A stretch of 64,000 nt of DNA. It comes from Selaginella moellendorffii (taxonomy: Eukaryota > Plantae > Lycopodiophyta). The notes under the pieces are model-generated. The model was not told the origin of the DNA and searched no databases. It saw nothing but the letters and a program-made list of their open reading frames with translations. Of the stretch, positions 1 to 11,905 are shown in pieces; the first letter of the stretch is position 1, and each line of letters begins with the position of its first letter. The stretch is taken from contig NW_003314293.1 in the NCBI RefSeq assembly GCF_000143415.4, positions 62,001-126,000 on the forward strand. The letters are read 5' to 3'. Position numbers and translations under genes: made by a program.

Positions 1-183
1 AAGCGCTGGGTTGCAAACCCGTTCGTGGAAAGGAACTTTGGAGACTGGGCTCCCGTGGAAGAGCTTCTCAGCGTATGTTCTTCGTTTCAGCCGGTATGTT
101 GAAGGATAGAATGGTTTGATCCATCCGAGACGCTGATGAGTTTTCCTGCCTTGCAGAAGACCGTGGATAAGAGTCAAGACTGA
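1..183 (+). CDS. 3' end of an unidentified spliced gene (last two exons)
   Basis: Open frame KRWVANPFVERNFGDWAPVEELLS (1-72), GT..AG intron (73-156), then KTVDKSQD-TGA ending at 183; product not recognisable. Confidence 0.5.
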
Positions 184-291
184 GTGATCGATCTGTAAGA
201 TTTTCTGTGATTTATACGAGCGTGTGTACATTACTATCGATGTGGATTTTCTCATAGCGTTTTTTCAGAGATGTCTGGTTGAAGAAGGTTA

Positions 292-1172
292 TCAAAAACG
301 CGACTTTAGCCGAGGCCTCACCAACGACTGACCGCCATCCACCGCAACGGTGGTTCCAGTGATGAAAGACGAATCCTTGCTCACGAAGTAGAGCAGGCTC
401 GAGGCCAAGTCGCGGGAACCATCGGCCCAGCGCTCCAGCGGAAGAAGCTTGCTCACGCTGCTCGTCGTCAAGGCCGTGTTCTTGCCACTCGAGTTTGCCG
501 AGATCATGGCCGCTGCGTCCGACTCACTCCAGCCACGAACAACGCAGTTGACGCGGATGTTGAATTTGCCGAGCTCCATCGCCAGCGCCTGGCCAGGAAT
601 ATCGAGATCGATCAAAAACTTTCCAGAGGTATGGAACTTTTTCTCTCTCACCTTGCTCAACTGATGGACTCCCGCAATGCAGGTGCCGTAGATCCCCGCT
701 CCTGGAAACAATCCTCGCTCGCTCCCAGCGATGGACGTCACAAACACGATCGATCCACCTGCTCCGGAGAGTTTCATGCGTCTCGCCACGGATCTACTCA
801 CCAGCCAAGCCGCCTTGAGGTTCTTTTCCACCGCTCCATCCCAATCTTCCTCGCTCGCTTCCAGCACCGGCTGAAAGCTCCCTTGATCGTGATCACACAA
901 GAAGACGAGCGCATCGATCCGCCCAAAAGCCGCCCACGCGCTGGCGATCGATTGCTCCACGCTCGCTTCATCGCCACGGAGATCGAGCTCCACGAATCTG
1001 CAAGACGCTGGGGCAATTGGAGCCGGTCGGCCACCCGCGATCACGATCCTAGACAGGGAAAAGCGTGAAACTCGAATCGAGCGGAGCTCACTTACTTGAA
1101 ATCGCTGGATGCCAGAGTGAAGAGCAGAGTGTCACTCTCTTGCGTTGCAGTCACGAGGAGCAATACTGCCAT
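292..1172 (-). CDS. Short-chain dehydrogenase/reductase (SDR, FabG-like), 3 exons
   Basis: FGRIDALV, GGSIVFVTS, ALAMELGKFNIRVN and SSFITGTTVAVDGG motifs; ATG at 1172; introns at about 1049-1095 and 589-651 with GT-AG ends. Confidence 0.85.
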
Positions 1173-1198
1173 AGCTTCCGGGTCTAGGGTTCCTCCTT

Positions 1199-1304
1199 GC
1201 TGATGTGGACAATTCATAAAGACTTAGGGCTGATGTGGATACCATATAAACATTTTAGGGCCGACGTGGACAAATCACATAGAGATTTAAGGGCTGGCGT
1301 GGCC
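1199..1304. promoter_or_regulatory. Four ~30-bp-spaced GCYGRYGTGG motifs in the divergent SDR/PKA-R intergenic region
   Basis: gctgatgtggac (1199), gctgatgtggat (1229), gccgacgtggac (1260), gctggcgtggcc (1293); resemble the TGACGTGG bZIP hex motif. Confidence 0.35.
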
Positions 1305-1458
1305 CCGTGACACAAACCGTCACTCCTATTTTGAAAACTAGAAGGGAGAGAGGAGCGATGGTGAGTGGAAAGGAAATGGCGGAGAGGAGAGGCGGCGGAG
1401 GGAGGAGCGGCGGCGATGGAGCGATTGGCGGCGCGGGTGCGTAGAGGCGGCGGTGTTG

Positions 1459-3170
1459 ATGAAGCTGAAACTCCCCAAGGTTAGGGTTGGAAGGAAGATA
1501 TTTGGCAACGGGGGCATTCTTGCCAAGGCAAAGAAGGGGTGCGCGTCGGGGATGGCGCCTCCCTGTGGGGGCGGCCCTGACAGCACCGCCGCATCGACTC
1601 CTCGGGTAAGCGATCCTCGTCATTCTTGGATATTTTGCTTGGGTTCGTGAATGCCGCTTGCATTGTCGAGTGTTTCGATCCATCCATTTGCTTACCTGTG
1701 ACATTCAAGATGCTTGTGTTAATCTATTGCATGCTCGATTTTTTTTGCGAATGCGATTCGTGCAGGAGCGGACAAAGCTGAATCAAAAAGCTGCCAAGCT
1801 CATGAGCCAGTCAACAAAAAGAAGGCTTGCAGTGAGTGCCGAATCAGATATTGAGAAAGCAGCAGCTTATGTTCCAAGGGTAAGCTCGTCGCTCATTCCT
1901 CTATGTTTGGTTTTGTCAATGCTTGGAATTTTTCTCAACGAGCGATCGATGTTTTTGCTTTTCTCATTTCTCAGGCCATCGAAAAGAATGAAGCCGCGCG
2001 GGAACGCATTCAGCACGCATTGGAGAAGAACTATCTTTTCAAGTCTCTCGACAAGGAGCAAACAAAGACGGTAAAAGTTCTTCTCCGCAAAGAAGCTTTG
2101 CCTATTAGCTCACCATAATCCCTCAAAGGTGCACGGTAACAATTATAGTAGCTCAAAGCATTTGGCTTTTGTGTTTGACGCGGGATTATGCTTCAGGTGG
2201 TGGATTCTGTGGAGGAAGTTAAGTACAACCCCAATGACATTATAATCAAGCAGGGCGATGAGGGTGACAAATTTTTCCTCATCGAGGTGTGCTTCTTCAT
2301 TCCATGTTTTTTCCCTTGTTTTGACTCTTTGTTTAGATAGGTGAATGTGAAGTGTGGTTGAAGGACCCAGAGAGGATACGCCCCGAGATGGTCAAGAGAT
2401 ATGGTCCTGGAGACACATTCGGAGAGCTTGCGCTTCTGTACAATGCTCCCCGTGCGGCAACTGTCAAGGTTTTACCATTCATTAAAATATGTTTGCTGGT
2501 TTTGCAGGACTCATTTGGTATTCTTTTCAGGCAATTACAAGCTGTACACTCTGGGCGGTAGACAGGCCCACTTTTCGAGCGATTCTTATGCAAACTACCA
2601 ACAACAAGCGGCAATTGTACGAAAAGTTTTTGGCAGAGGTTCCTTTGCTGAAGGTAAATAGTTTGCAATCGTTTCTCCATCAATTCGCCTTTATTTTGGT
2701 TGGCGTGTAGACGCTAACAGCGTACGAAAGATCCGCAATTGCCGATGTTTTGGACGCGGAATACTACGAACCAAACACAGACATTATAGTGGAGGGCCAA
2801 GAAGGAAACAAGTTTTATTTTGTGGAAGAAGTAAGACTCGCTACCGCTTGTGGAAACTGAATTTATTTCGCAGGGAGAAGCCGAGGCAAGGACAGGAGAC
2901 AAGGTACTAATGAAATACAAGCGTGGAGATTACTTTGGGGAGTTGGCGCTACTAAGCAACAATCCTAGAGCAGCGACTGTCAGAGCGACAACGAAATGCA
3001 AGTGCGTTTCAATTCATCGTGACAGTTTCAAGGTCAGCTCATTTTGTTGAAGTTGCTCGTATTCCTACCGCATTTGCTCGTTTGTACTCTAGAGATTGCT
3101 TGGGAAAGTAGAAGACATCTTAGAGCGGAGGAAAGAAGAATACGAGAAAACTTCTGCAGGCACAAGCTAA
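1459..3170 (+). CDS. PKAR: cAMP-dependent protein kinase (PKA) regulatory subunit, 9 exons
   Basis: Inhibitor site RRLAVSAE; two cNMP-binding domains with phosphate-binding cassettes FGELALLYNAPRAATV and FGELALLSNNPRAATV; C-terminal FKRLLGKVEDILERR; exons about 1459-1605, 1766-1879, 1975-2070, 2197-2286, 2337-2468, 2531-2653, 2711-2830, 2874-3032, 3093-3170 join in frame (start may instead be ATG 1552). Confidence 0.92.
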
Positions 3171-3654
3171 TCGCTAGAAGACTGAGCCACAGTTCTGGTT
3201 AACTCCAGGTTTGCCGTAGATATTTGAAATTTGAGTGTCAGGATCAGGTTCATGCATATTTGACTGGGAAAAGAAAGCAGTGTCATTTTGCATTTGGAAT
3301 CCTGTGTCACGTGAACCGCCGCCTCTCTGATTCTCGCAGAGCAAACTAATGTTACGATCTGCAAACACTTCGGTACTATAAAGTGAGAGAGGAGCACCGG
3401 CGAAGCGTGGAGTTCGTAGTGAGTCCTAGTTCAGCTTTTCATGCTGTCTGTGTGAGCGCGCCTCCTCGCTGAAAAGGCATCCAGTACCTCAGGACGCTTA
3501 GCTCCTGTTTCAGGACTATATATTGCGTGTTTGTCTTCGGAGAGGATTCTTTCTAGTGCTGCTTTCTGATGCATAAAGTCTATATCTAAGCAGTTAGTCT
3601 AGGATTGTGGTGTCCGAGTTGCTTGCTGTTCTTTTAACGACTTGATATCTTGCA

Positions 3655-4914
3655 ATGGCAGCAGCTCAGACACTCCAGCCAGCTTCAGTTCCTTCGGTCC
3701 ACAATATTCCCATTTCAGGGGCAAGCACCAACGTTGGCTCCCTTGCGAAAGCTTTGCAAGGCACAGAGACCATTCCGGAGGTGTTCTTGCTTCCTGAGTC
3801 GGAGCGTGTCACAGTGCCTCACGATGGTTACTCCGAGCAGGTGTCCCTGCCAGTTGTGGACCTCAGGGAACTGTTGCTGCCGGAGTGTTCCGAGGAGTCG
3901 AGGAAGAGAATTGCTCGGGAAGTTGCGGAGGCCAGCAGCGAGTGGGGATTCTTTCAGGTGGCTGGCCACGGCATCCCTCTGGAGCTGCTGGAAAGAGTGA
4001 GAACTCAAGGACGAGCGTTCTTTTCACTGCCTGCCGAAGACAAGGAGAAAGCATCGCTCGGTCTCTTCCAGGGATACGAAGGCAGGCACGGCTTCATTCC
4101 AACTCGCGTCCCGTGGTCCGAGACTTTCACTTTGCAAATTGCTCCAACTTCCAACGTGGTGCCGATAGTTGAGAAGTTATGGCCAGATGGAAACTCGGAG
4201 CTCAGGTACCTCAGTTATCTCTCTTCTATTTACAGTTTCCCACTCGTTGATCATCGCATTCTCGCAGCTCCACCATCATGGACTACGGCAACGAACTCCA
4301 CTCCCTCGGGATCAAGATCCTGGAGCTTTTAGCCGAGAGCCTGGACTTGGACCAGGATTTCTTCAGCAAGAACTTCAAATCCAAGCACTCCGCCGGGATG
4401 AGAATGAACTTCTATCCACCGTGTCCGCAGCCGTCCATGGCACTCGGTCTGGGAGCCCACGCCGACCCAAACTGCCTGACAATGCTCTACCAAGACGAAG
4501 TCGGGGGCCTCCAGATCCAAAAGGACGACAAATGGATAGCCGTCAAGCCCGATGTCGACTCACTGGTCCTAAACATTGGAGATAGTCTCCAGGTAAACCA
4601 AGTTATTCTCTTCTTAACTTCCCGCTCGTTACTGCTTTCTCTTTCAGGCGTGGAGCAATGGCAGGTTTCGCAGCGTCCAGCACCGCGCTGTTGTGAATGG
4701 CAATAACGCTCGTTTGTCCGTTGCCTTCTTCTACAGCCCGGACGACAGTGTATCCATGGAGGTTCCAGCGCAGCTCGTGGACGAAGCCCATCCACTGCTC
4801 TACAGGCCCTTCACTTGGGCAGAGTATTTGCAGCAGATTAGAACCAAGCGGATGCGCGGCAAAGGTGGCCTGGACACGTTCATGAAGATCTCAGACGAGA
4901 GCAAGACCGACTAG
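3655..4914 (+). CDS. 2-oxoglutarate/Fe(II) dioxygenase, gibberellin 20-oxidase-like, 3 exons
   Basis: WGFFQV, VPWSET (cf. GA20ox LPWKET), NFYPPCPQP, HAD...H iron triad, RLS motif; introns at about 4206-4267 and 4593-4648. Confidence 0.88.
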
Positions 4915-5114
4915 AAGGAAAGCTCAACGCAAATGTCTAGTTTTATCTTTTTATGAATGACAGATCTAAGCATTATATGGACGAGTGCATCTGAGAATAA
5001 AGCGTGGTCCCCACGACAGCTAGGCCAGAGACTATTCACACGAATTTTTCGTGTGATTCAGGACCACAAAAGATTTATCACGTATGACAACACCATTCCA
5101 TCCGTGTCCACTAC

Positions 5115-5117
<3 letters not shown>

Positions 5118-5186
<69 letters not shown>
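5118..5186. repeat. (AT)n microsatellite, about 34 units
   Basis: Uninterrupted TA run. Confidence 0.98.
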
Positions 5187-5189
<3 letters not shown>

Positions 5190-5594
5190 AGGTAATCCAA
5201 GATGCTGGCACCAAAACCATAACATCTTACAAGCTTTTACAATTTGGAATGCAAAAGGCACTACGGCAATTGCCATAAAGGTTCACAAGAAGATGATTTT
5301 ACATTCAGCTTAGTTAATTATTAACGCAAATTTATTCATTGTAAGCACTCAAAGATTATAACAGTGGAATTAATAAGGAACGGAAGCAATTAAATCTCCC
5401 AGAAATTCCATTCATTCATGGTGAAGATAACCGGTTGACCAGCGCATAAGGTCGAACATGCATCCATTACATAAAGCACAGTGCTGGTCAGGCATCTTCG
5501 CCATGAATGAAACAGGAACAGGCTCTAGGAGATTTCTCCAGGCCTCCTCCAGCAGGATGTTCACTCCGCTTCCACTCTCGATCACTGCACAACA

Positions 5595-6016
5595 ACCATT
5601 GGATTGGACTCGGCTCCGCCCTGGACGATCTTGTCGTGGATGTCTCTCAGATCTTCCAGCCTCTAGCACGCGTTTAGAGCCGTGATCTTTCTTGGAGCCA
5701 CGCCGTGTAGCTGCATGGTTTGGAAGATCTTGAGAGCTTCCTTGGCCACGCCACGCTTGGTGTGCTTGGCGATGGTTTCCGTCCACAAAGTCACATCCGG
5801 TTCCACCAGTGCTTTGCTCGCATCCATCACGCTGCCGCACTTAAGGTACATCTTGACGATGTTCTTCCCGAGGAAAGCGTCGAGCTCCAGTCTGTAATGG
5901 ATGGCTTTCGCGTGGAGCTCTTGGGCTTCGCCCCGGTGCTCGCCGCAAAAGTTTGCCGCTGGAGCATACTCGCCAACGCTAGCGTTGCCATCTAGAGAGC
6001 TTACCAAGCTCCTTAG
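5595..6016 (-). pseudogene. Truncated, internally deleted copy of the 5' part of the PPR gene at 11.9-13.6 kb
   Basis: High identity to 13057-13501 with small deletions and a frameshift; preceded (5215-5594) by a copy of that gene's 3' flank (11351-11695). Confidence 0.9.
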
Positions 6017-6033
6017 CTGCCTTCCGAACTTCC

Positions 6034-6513
6034 AGGCAGGCATGGCTTCATTCCAACTCGCGTCCTGTGGTCCGAGACTTTCACTTTGCAAATTGCTCCA
6101 ACTTCCAACGTGGTGCCGATAGTTAAGAAGTTATGGCCAGATGGAAACTCGGAGCTCAGGTACCTCAGTTATCTCTCTTCTAGTTCAGTTTCCCACTCGT
6201 TAATCATCTCATTCTCGCAGCTCCACCATCATGGACTATGGCAACGTACTCCACTCCCTCGGGATCAAGATCCTGGAGCTTTTAGCCGAGAGCCTGGACT
6301 TGGACCGGGATTTCTTCAGCAAGAACTTCAAATCCAAGCACTCCGCCGGGATGAGAATGAACTTCTATCCACCGTGTCCGCAGCCGTCCATGGCACTCGG
6401 TCTGGGAGCTCACGCGGACCCAAACTGCCTGACAATGCTCGACCAAGACGACGTCGGGGCCTCCAGTCCCAAAAGGACGACAAATGGATAGCCGTCAAGC
6501 CCAACATCGACTC
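6034..6513 (+). pseudogene. Partial copy of the 2OGD gene (end of exon 1, intron 1, most of exon 2)
   Basis: Near-identical to 4080-4561 with frameshifts; ends at the Copia LTR. Confidence 0.9.
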
Positions 6514-9500
6514 TGATAAGGATGAACAGGCTCTCGTTCATCACGAGGGGCTACAAAACCCCCTGAGAGCTCTGGAGAATATGCTATGCCAGCATATTCA
6601 TATCACTCCCACTTGAGCACTAAGGTGCTCGCTCAAGGAGCTCTCTCATGCCAAGTGCTTGTACGTGTCGCTGGAACAGTAACGCCTTGGTAAAAATATC
6701 TGCAACCTGCTTTGTTGGATGAGCTCCAAAACATGCTGGTTCACTTGATCTCAAATATAATGGAACTGCACCTGGATATGTTGGCGCTAGCTGATGCCGT
6801 CCAAAAGTTGTCGTAGCTAGCAACATTCCTTAGGATAACGCTATAATTGACTGTCGCGTGAGAGTGCCACTGCCGAGACTGAAAATATAACCTGTGGTGG
6901 ATTTGCGCTGCTCAACCTCGCCTGCAAAGTCAGCATCTGTGAAGCCATACCTGCTGGGGCTTTGGAGTACGTGAGTGCATAATGTGTGGTCCTCTTCAAG
7001 TAGCGAAAGATGCATTTGACTGCCAACCAATGAGGAATCCTTGAGTCTTGAGAAACTGGGACACTGCTCCCACTGAAAAGGCCAAATCTGGCTGTGTGCA
7101 GACCATCAGGTGAATTAAGGTGCCAACCAGTATCTGCTTCATCTTCTTGCATTCCTCAACTGTTTGTGAGACTTGATCTTTGCTGAGATGGAGGCCAGCT
7201 TCCATAGGAGTTTATGCTTCATTTAGCTCAGCAAGATGAAACCTCTCCAAGATTTTGCCTGTCACATATAATCCTGATCCCTAAAAAATATTTCACTGAT
7301 CCAAGATCCACCATCTTAAATTGTGCCTATAGCTCACACTTGGGCTGCTGCAAAGCTAGGCAAGTTGGATTGACTAATAGATAATTGTCTAGCTCTTAAA
7401 TTTAAATTTCCTGAAAGGTTATCTAGTATAGTATAATTTAAACCCAAGGATGGTTAACCCCAGGAAAAAAGGGTGCACTATTCTTCATTTTCCTTTTATT
7501 TTTGAATCTTTATAAATCTCTCAAAAGTCATTCTCTTTAATTATTTATAATTCATCACGCTTTCTTATAAGTTCACATTTTCATGAACAGAAGTTGAAAA
7601 TTTAAACTTCTAGGAAGGTCAAGAACACTTAACCCCAAATATCCTAACCCTTAACAACCAATTTACACTCTTTTTTATAAGCTCTTTCCCTCTCCTTTAT
7701 TTACTATCTTTTGAATTGTTCTTTTTAGTTACTTTCAATCCACCATATTTCTTAACAAGTTCATAAGCAACTAAATCCACCACACTTTCTTGCAAATTCA
7801 CACTTTTGTTAATGGAAGCTAAGAACTTAAACTTCCCAAGAGGTCCTCATGAATGGAAGTTGAGAATTTAGATTTCTCAGGAGGTCACTAAGTCCAATAC
7901 AACTCAAACCCAAGAACGTTTAATCCCAAATACCCTAATATTTTGATCACTAAAAAAAAGGGTGTATTTTTTTTCATAAGCCTTTTTCCTATATATTTGA
8001 ACTCATGGTTACTTATAATTCACTATGCTTTCTTACAAGTTCACAAACAACTAAATCTACCATACTTCTCTACAAGTTCACACTATTGTGAACAAAAGTT
8101 GAGAACTTACTTCTCAACCTAGTATTTAAACCCAAGGATATTTAATTTTAAATATCCCAAAAATTATTGATTTATTGAAAAAGGGGATATGCTTTTTTTC
8201 ATAGACTTTTGCCTTTTATATTTAAATTTTTATGGACAGTCTCTCAAGTTGTTCTTTTTGGTTGTCAAAAGAGTGGGGGACCACCTCTCAAATCATTCTT
8301 TTTAGTTGTCAAAAGAGTGAGGGACCATCTCTCAAATCATTTTTTTTGGTTGTCAAAAGAGTGGGGGACTATCTTTTAAGTCATTTTTCTTTTTTGTCAA
8401 AAGAGTGGGAGATTATCTCTCAAGTTATTCTTTTTGGTTGTCAAAAGAGTGAGGGACCATCTCTCAAGTCATTCTCGAACCCCATTCTTTTAACACACTA
8501 CTTTTTAAGTTCAAGCAAATGTCAAATATGTAACGTGATTTCCTTACCTATCAAAGTTGGACTTAAGACCCCTTCTGATACTAAATATAACTTTTTAAAT
8601 TTGAACTTCTAGTTTAGTACTATTTAAATCCAATAATACTTTAACCTTAAATATCCCTAAGATTAAAACTTTTTCCCTTTATATTTAACCCTTATAAATT
8701 GTCTTTTGAGTTTTTTTTTTTTTGCTTACAGTGGAATGTTATGTATAACTTATGAAAATAAATACTAAAATATGCTGAAATACTCACAAAACCAATGAAA
8801 TTTTCAAATTCACATACCATTGTCTTAAGCTTGCATACCTTGCATTCCTGGCCTTTGACAACATATCCTTCTGGATGAAGGACATAAACCCCCTCATCAA
8901 GATCGCACACTGTGGTGAAGTTTGAGCTGCTCCACTTCTAAATTCTCATGAGCTGCAAGATTGAGTAGCAAGTGGATAGAGGCCATCTTCACAACTGAGA
9001 AAACGTTTCATTGTAGTCCACGCCCTCTACCTATGAGTATCCCTTTGCTACAAGTCTTGCCTTGTAGTTGAGAAGTTTCTTATCAGCTCCAGTCTTGATT
9101 CGAAAAAGCCTCCTTCCAGGAGGTAGATCGACCAGGTCCCATGCCATGAGAGATGAATACTCAGAATTTGCTGCTGCTTGCCACTGCTCACGCTTAGGAC
9201 TGGAGAGTGCCTCACGCAAATTCTTGGGATCTCGCCCTTGACAAAATAGCAACTGGAAAACTGGAGAAGGTAAGTCCAGAATCGCCTGTTGCACTTCTGG
9301 AGGAGCTGCTGCATAGTAGAACGTGTTGGAACCACTTGGAGCTGTCTGGGCACGCTCCCTAGCTTGAGCTGCCGAGAAGCTCGGCGGGCAGCCTGAAAGT
9401 CAAGCCATTCTTGAAATTGTGCCCCTGCTTCTGTGAGTGTGCGGATCCGAGTAGATCGTCTAAGCACTGGCTGTGGTGAGGGCTGAGTACTCCCACTTCT

Positions 9501-11328
9501 CCGCCGACTGGAGTGCCAAAAATACCGCCTGCTGAGTTTGCCGCTACTTGCTGGACTGCTCCCACTCGCTTCAGCATTTGCGTCTATGGGGACGGGTTGA
9601 TCGGATCCTGCTGCTAGAGCTGCCGTCAGTGTCAAGAACCATAAACCGTTGACGATTGACTGGAGGATCAAGAGCGTACGGGAGATTTCTGGTTGCATAC
9701 GTCCGTGTGATCACATCACGACTGTGGAAGATCATGGATGAGGACAAACTGAAGAGCTTGTAGGCCTTCATGTGACCACTGTAGCCGCCCAGAACTGCCT
9801 TCTCGCTGTAATCTTCAAGCTTAGTCCTTGGCACAAATGCATACGCTATGTATCCAAAAATTCGAAGATGACTGAGATCCGGTTTTTTGCCATTCCATCG
9901 CACACAAAAACTTGGGCAAACCAGCAACTCGTAATAAGGATATTTGATAAAATCTTTGGAGACGTTTTCTGCACGACCATCACTTCGAAATTTCATGTGT
10001 TTCTTGCCAATCTGAGGTTATCAACGAGTTCCAGGAATAATCGTCTACAAAAGTCACAGAATAGAGCTTCTTCTCTCGAGAAAGTACTGGCATCATACAC
10101 ATCTCAGAGTGGATGAGCTTTAAAATCTTGTAGCAGCACCAGCCTTGAAAGGAAATTTGTGCTGCTTCGCGAGAACGCACGGCTCACAAAACCTCAGCTT
10201 CTGAGAAGTGATGTGAAGACCGTCAACCATGCCTGAACTCGCGAGTTGTTCAATATCCGGCGATGCCATGTCTGGAGGTCAACCGCATGCTGAGGACCTG
10301 CAAAAACGCTAGTTCGCAATCAAGATCTGTGATTCTTCCAATGGAGAAGAGTGTCTTCTTGACACCAGGAACGTAGTAGACTCCACTGACTGCTACAACC
10401 TGTCCTGTGGCAAGTCGGACCTTGATCGTACCCACTCCACACACGCTGTGTGAGTAGTCATCGCCGAGGTAAATTCGCTTCCCGTCTGGAACTTCTTATA
10501 AATGCGAGAAAAGGCTTTGGAGATGCACCCAACACTCGAAGAACAGCATATGGCTCTGTTACAGCCTGAGCCATGAACAAGCTGCCATCACTGACAGCAT
10601 CTTGATCTGTTCGTGCGTAATTGGCGACTTTCTTCCTCTTCCTGATTTCCTTCCGGATCTTGGCCACTTCATCTGTACAGTGATATTACAGAGACCGTTA
10701 TATTTGCGCTTCTTGTTTCTCTTTCGCTCGTTTTGTCCTTGCATTCTTTGGCAGCACCCTCCTGGCGCGGAGACCTTGGCCTGAGACCCCCTAACAAGGT
10801 TTCCAGCGCTAACATCTCGTTAACGATCTCGTGGCCACATGTCCAGACTCCAGCGGCAGCAAGTTGAAACGCTGTTGGAACGCCCTCCGTGACAAGGTCG
10901 CTGTCGTCCACTTCGGTGAAAGATTAAAGGGTGTCTATCTGCTTCGCATCCTTCAAACGACTTGCATAATCTTGAATTGACTCATCCTTCTTCTTGACCA
11001 TGTTGCCGAACTTGGTTTTCATCTCAATTACGTTGGTCTTGTTGGTTCATGTGTCAAGGTGACACCGATAGATCTTCCCCACTACACGTCCAAGGATTCC
11101 AAGAGCTCGAGTGTTTTGTCTATTCCACTCCTTCTCGGCTGCAACCTCTGTCGTTGCTGGTCCCAGAGACTATGCCCCAGCATCTGAAAAAATGCAGAGA
11201 AATCTTTGGGCAGAGATTTCAATGGATGGTGAATTCAGTGCAGTTTTGATACCATCAAAAACTTCCAAAACGTCTTTAGTTGCAGGAGAGAGCTTTGGAG
11301 AATATGTTATGCCAGCATATTTGTATCA
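6514..11328 (-). mobile_element. Degenerate Ty1/Copia LTR retrotransposon
   Basis: Minus-strand fragments of integrase (YSVTFVDDYS, FRSDG, KPDLSHLRIFG), RT (YKARLVAKGYS) and RNase H (GFTDADFAG..RKSTTGY, QVADIFTK) in Copia order; terminal TG..CA segments share ~40 bp (6565-6605 vs 11288-11328); PPT at 6606; iMet-type PBS TGGTATCA at ~11247-11254. Confidence 0.88.
7395..8723. repeat. AT-rich insertion in the Copia RT, built of degenerate ~200-290 bp modules plus five ~44-bp tandem units (8240-8475)
   Basis: RT coding stops at ~8725 and resumes at ~7395; recurring AACCCAAGRA..TTAA..AAATATCC modules; unit TTCTTTTTGGTTGTCAAAAGAGTGRGGGACCATCTCTCAARTCA. Confidence 0.7.
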
Positions 11329-11905
11329 GATCTCTCTTAGAAGTGGCAGCAACCATAACATCTTACAAGCTTTTACAATTTGCTCCTGGAATGCAAAAGG
11401 CATTATAGCAATTGCTATGAAGGGCCATATCTTACATAATCATCAGCGCAAATTTATCTATTGTATGTGGCAATGGAGCTAAAAGGAATTAAATTTCCCA
11501 AAGGTTTTATTCATTCATGGTGAACATGGTTGATTAGCACGTAAGATCAAGCATGTATCCATTACCTTCCTCGTGGTAAAGCACAGTGCTAGTCAGCCTC
11601 ACCATGAATGAAACAGGAATAGTCTCTGGGAGATTTCTCCAGGTCTCCTCCAGCAGGATGTTCACTCTGCTTCCACCCTCGATCACTGCACAACATATAT
11701 AAACTCAACATCTATGCATGGAGAGCGTAAATCTGTGATGATTTGCCATGAATTTACAATCACTTCCCTGCTGTGGCTGGCAATTGCCATTGCCTTCCAC
11801 ATAGCTGAATCCACGCCTTATCAGATATTTTTGAATTTGGATCTGGCTCATCTTGAGCCGTTCACCATTGTTTTCATCAGAGAAAAATGGAAAGATTATA
11901 AACTT

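Noticed and set aside
4957-5278. ORFs with IYIYIY runs
   Set aside because: Translation of the (AT)n microsatellite
8240-8475. CRISPR-like regular repeats
   Set aside because: Units are contiguous ~44-bp tandem repeats with no unique spacers and no cas genes; eukaryotic context
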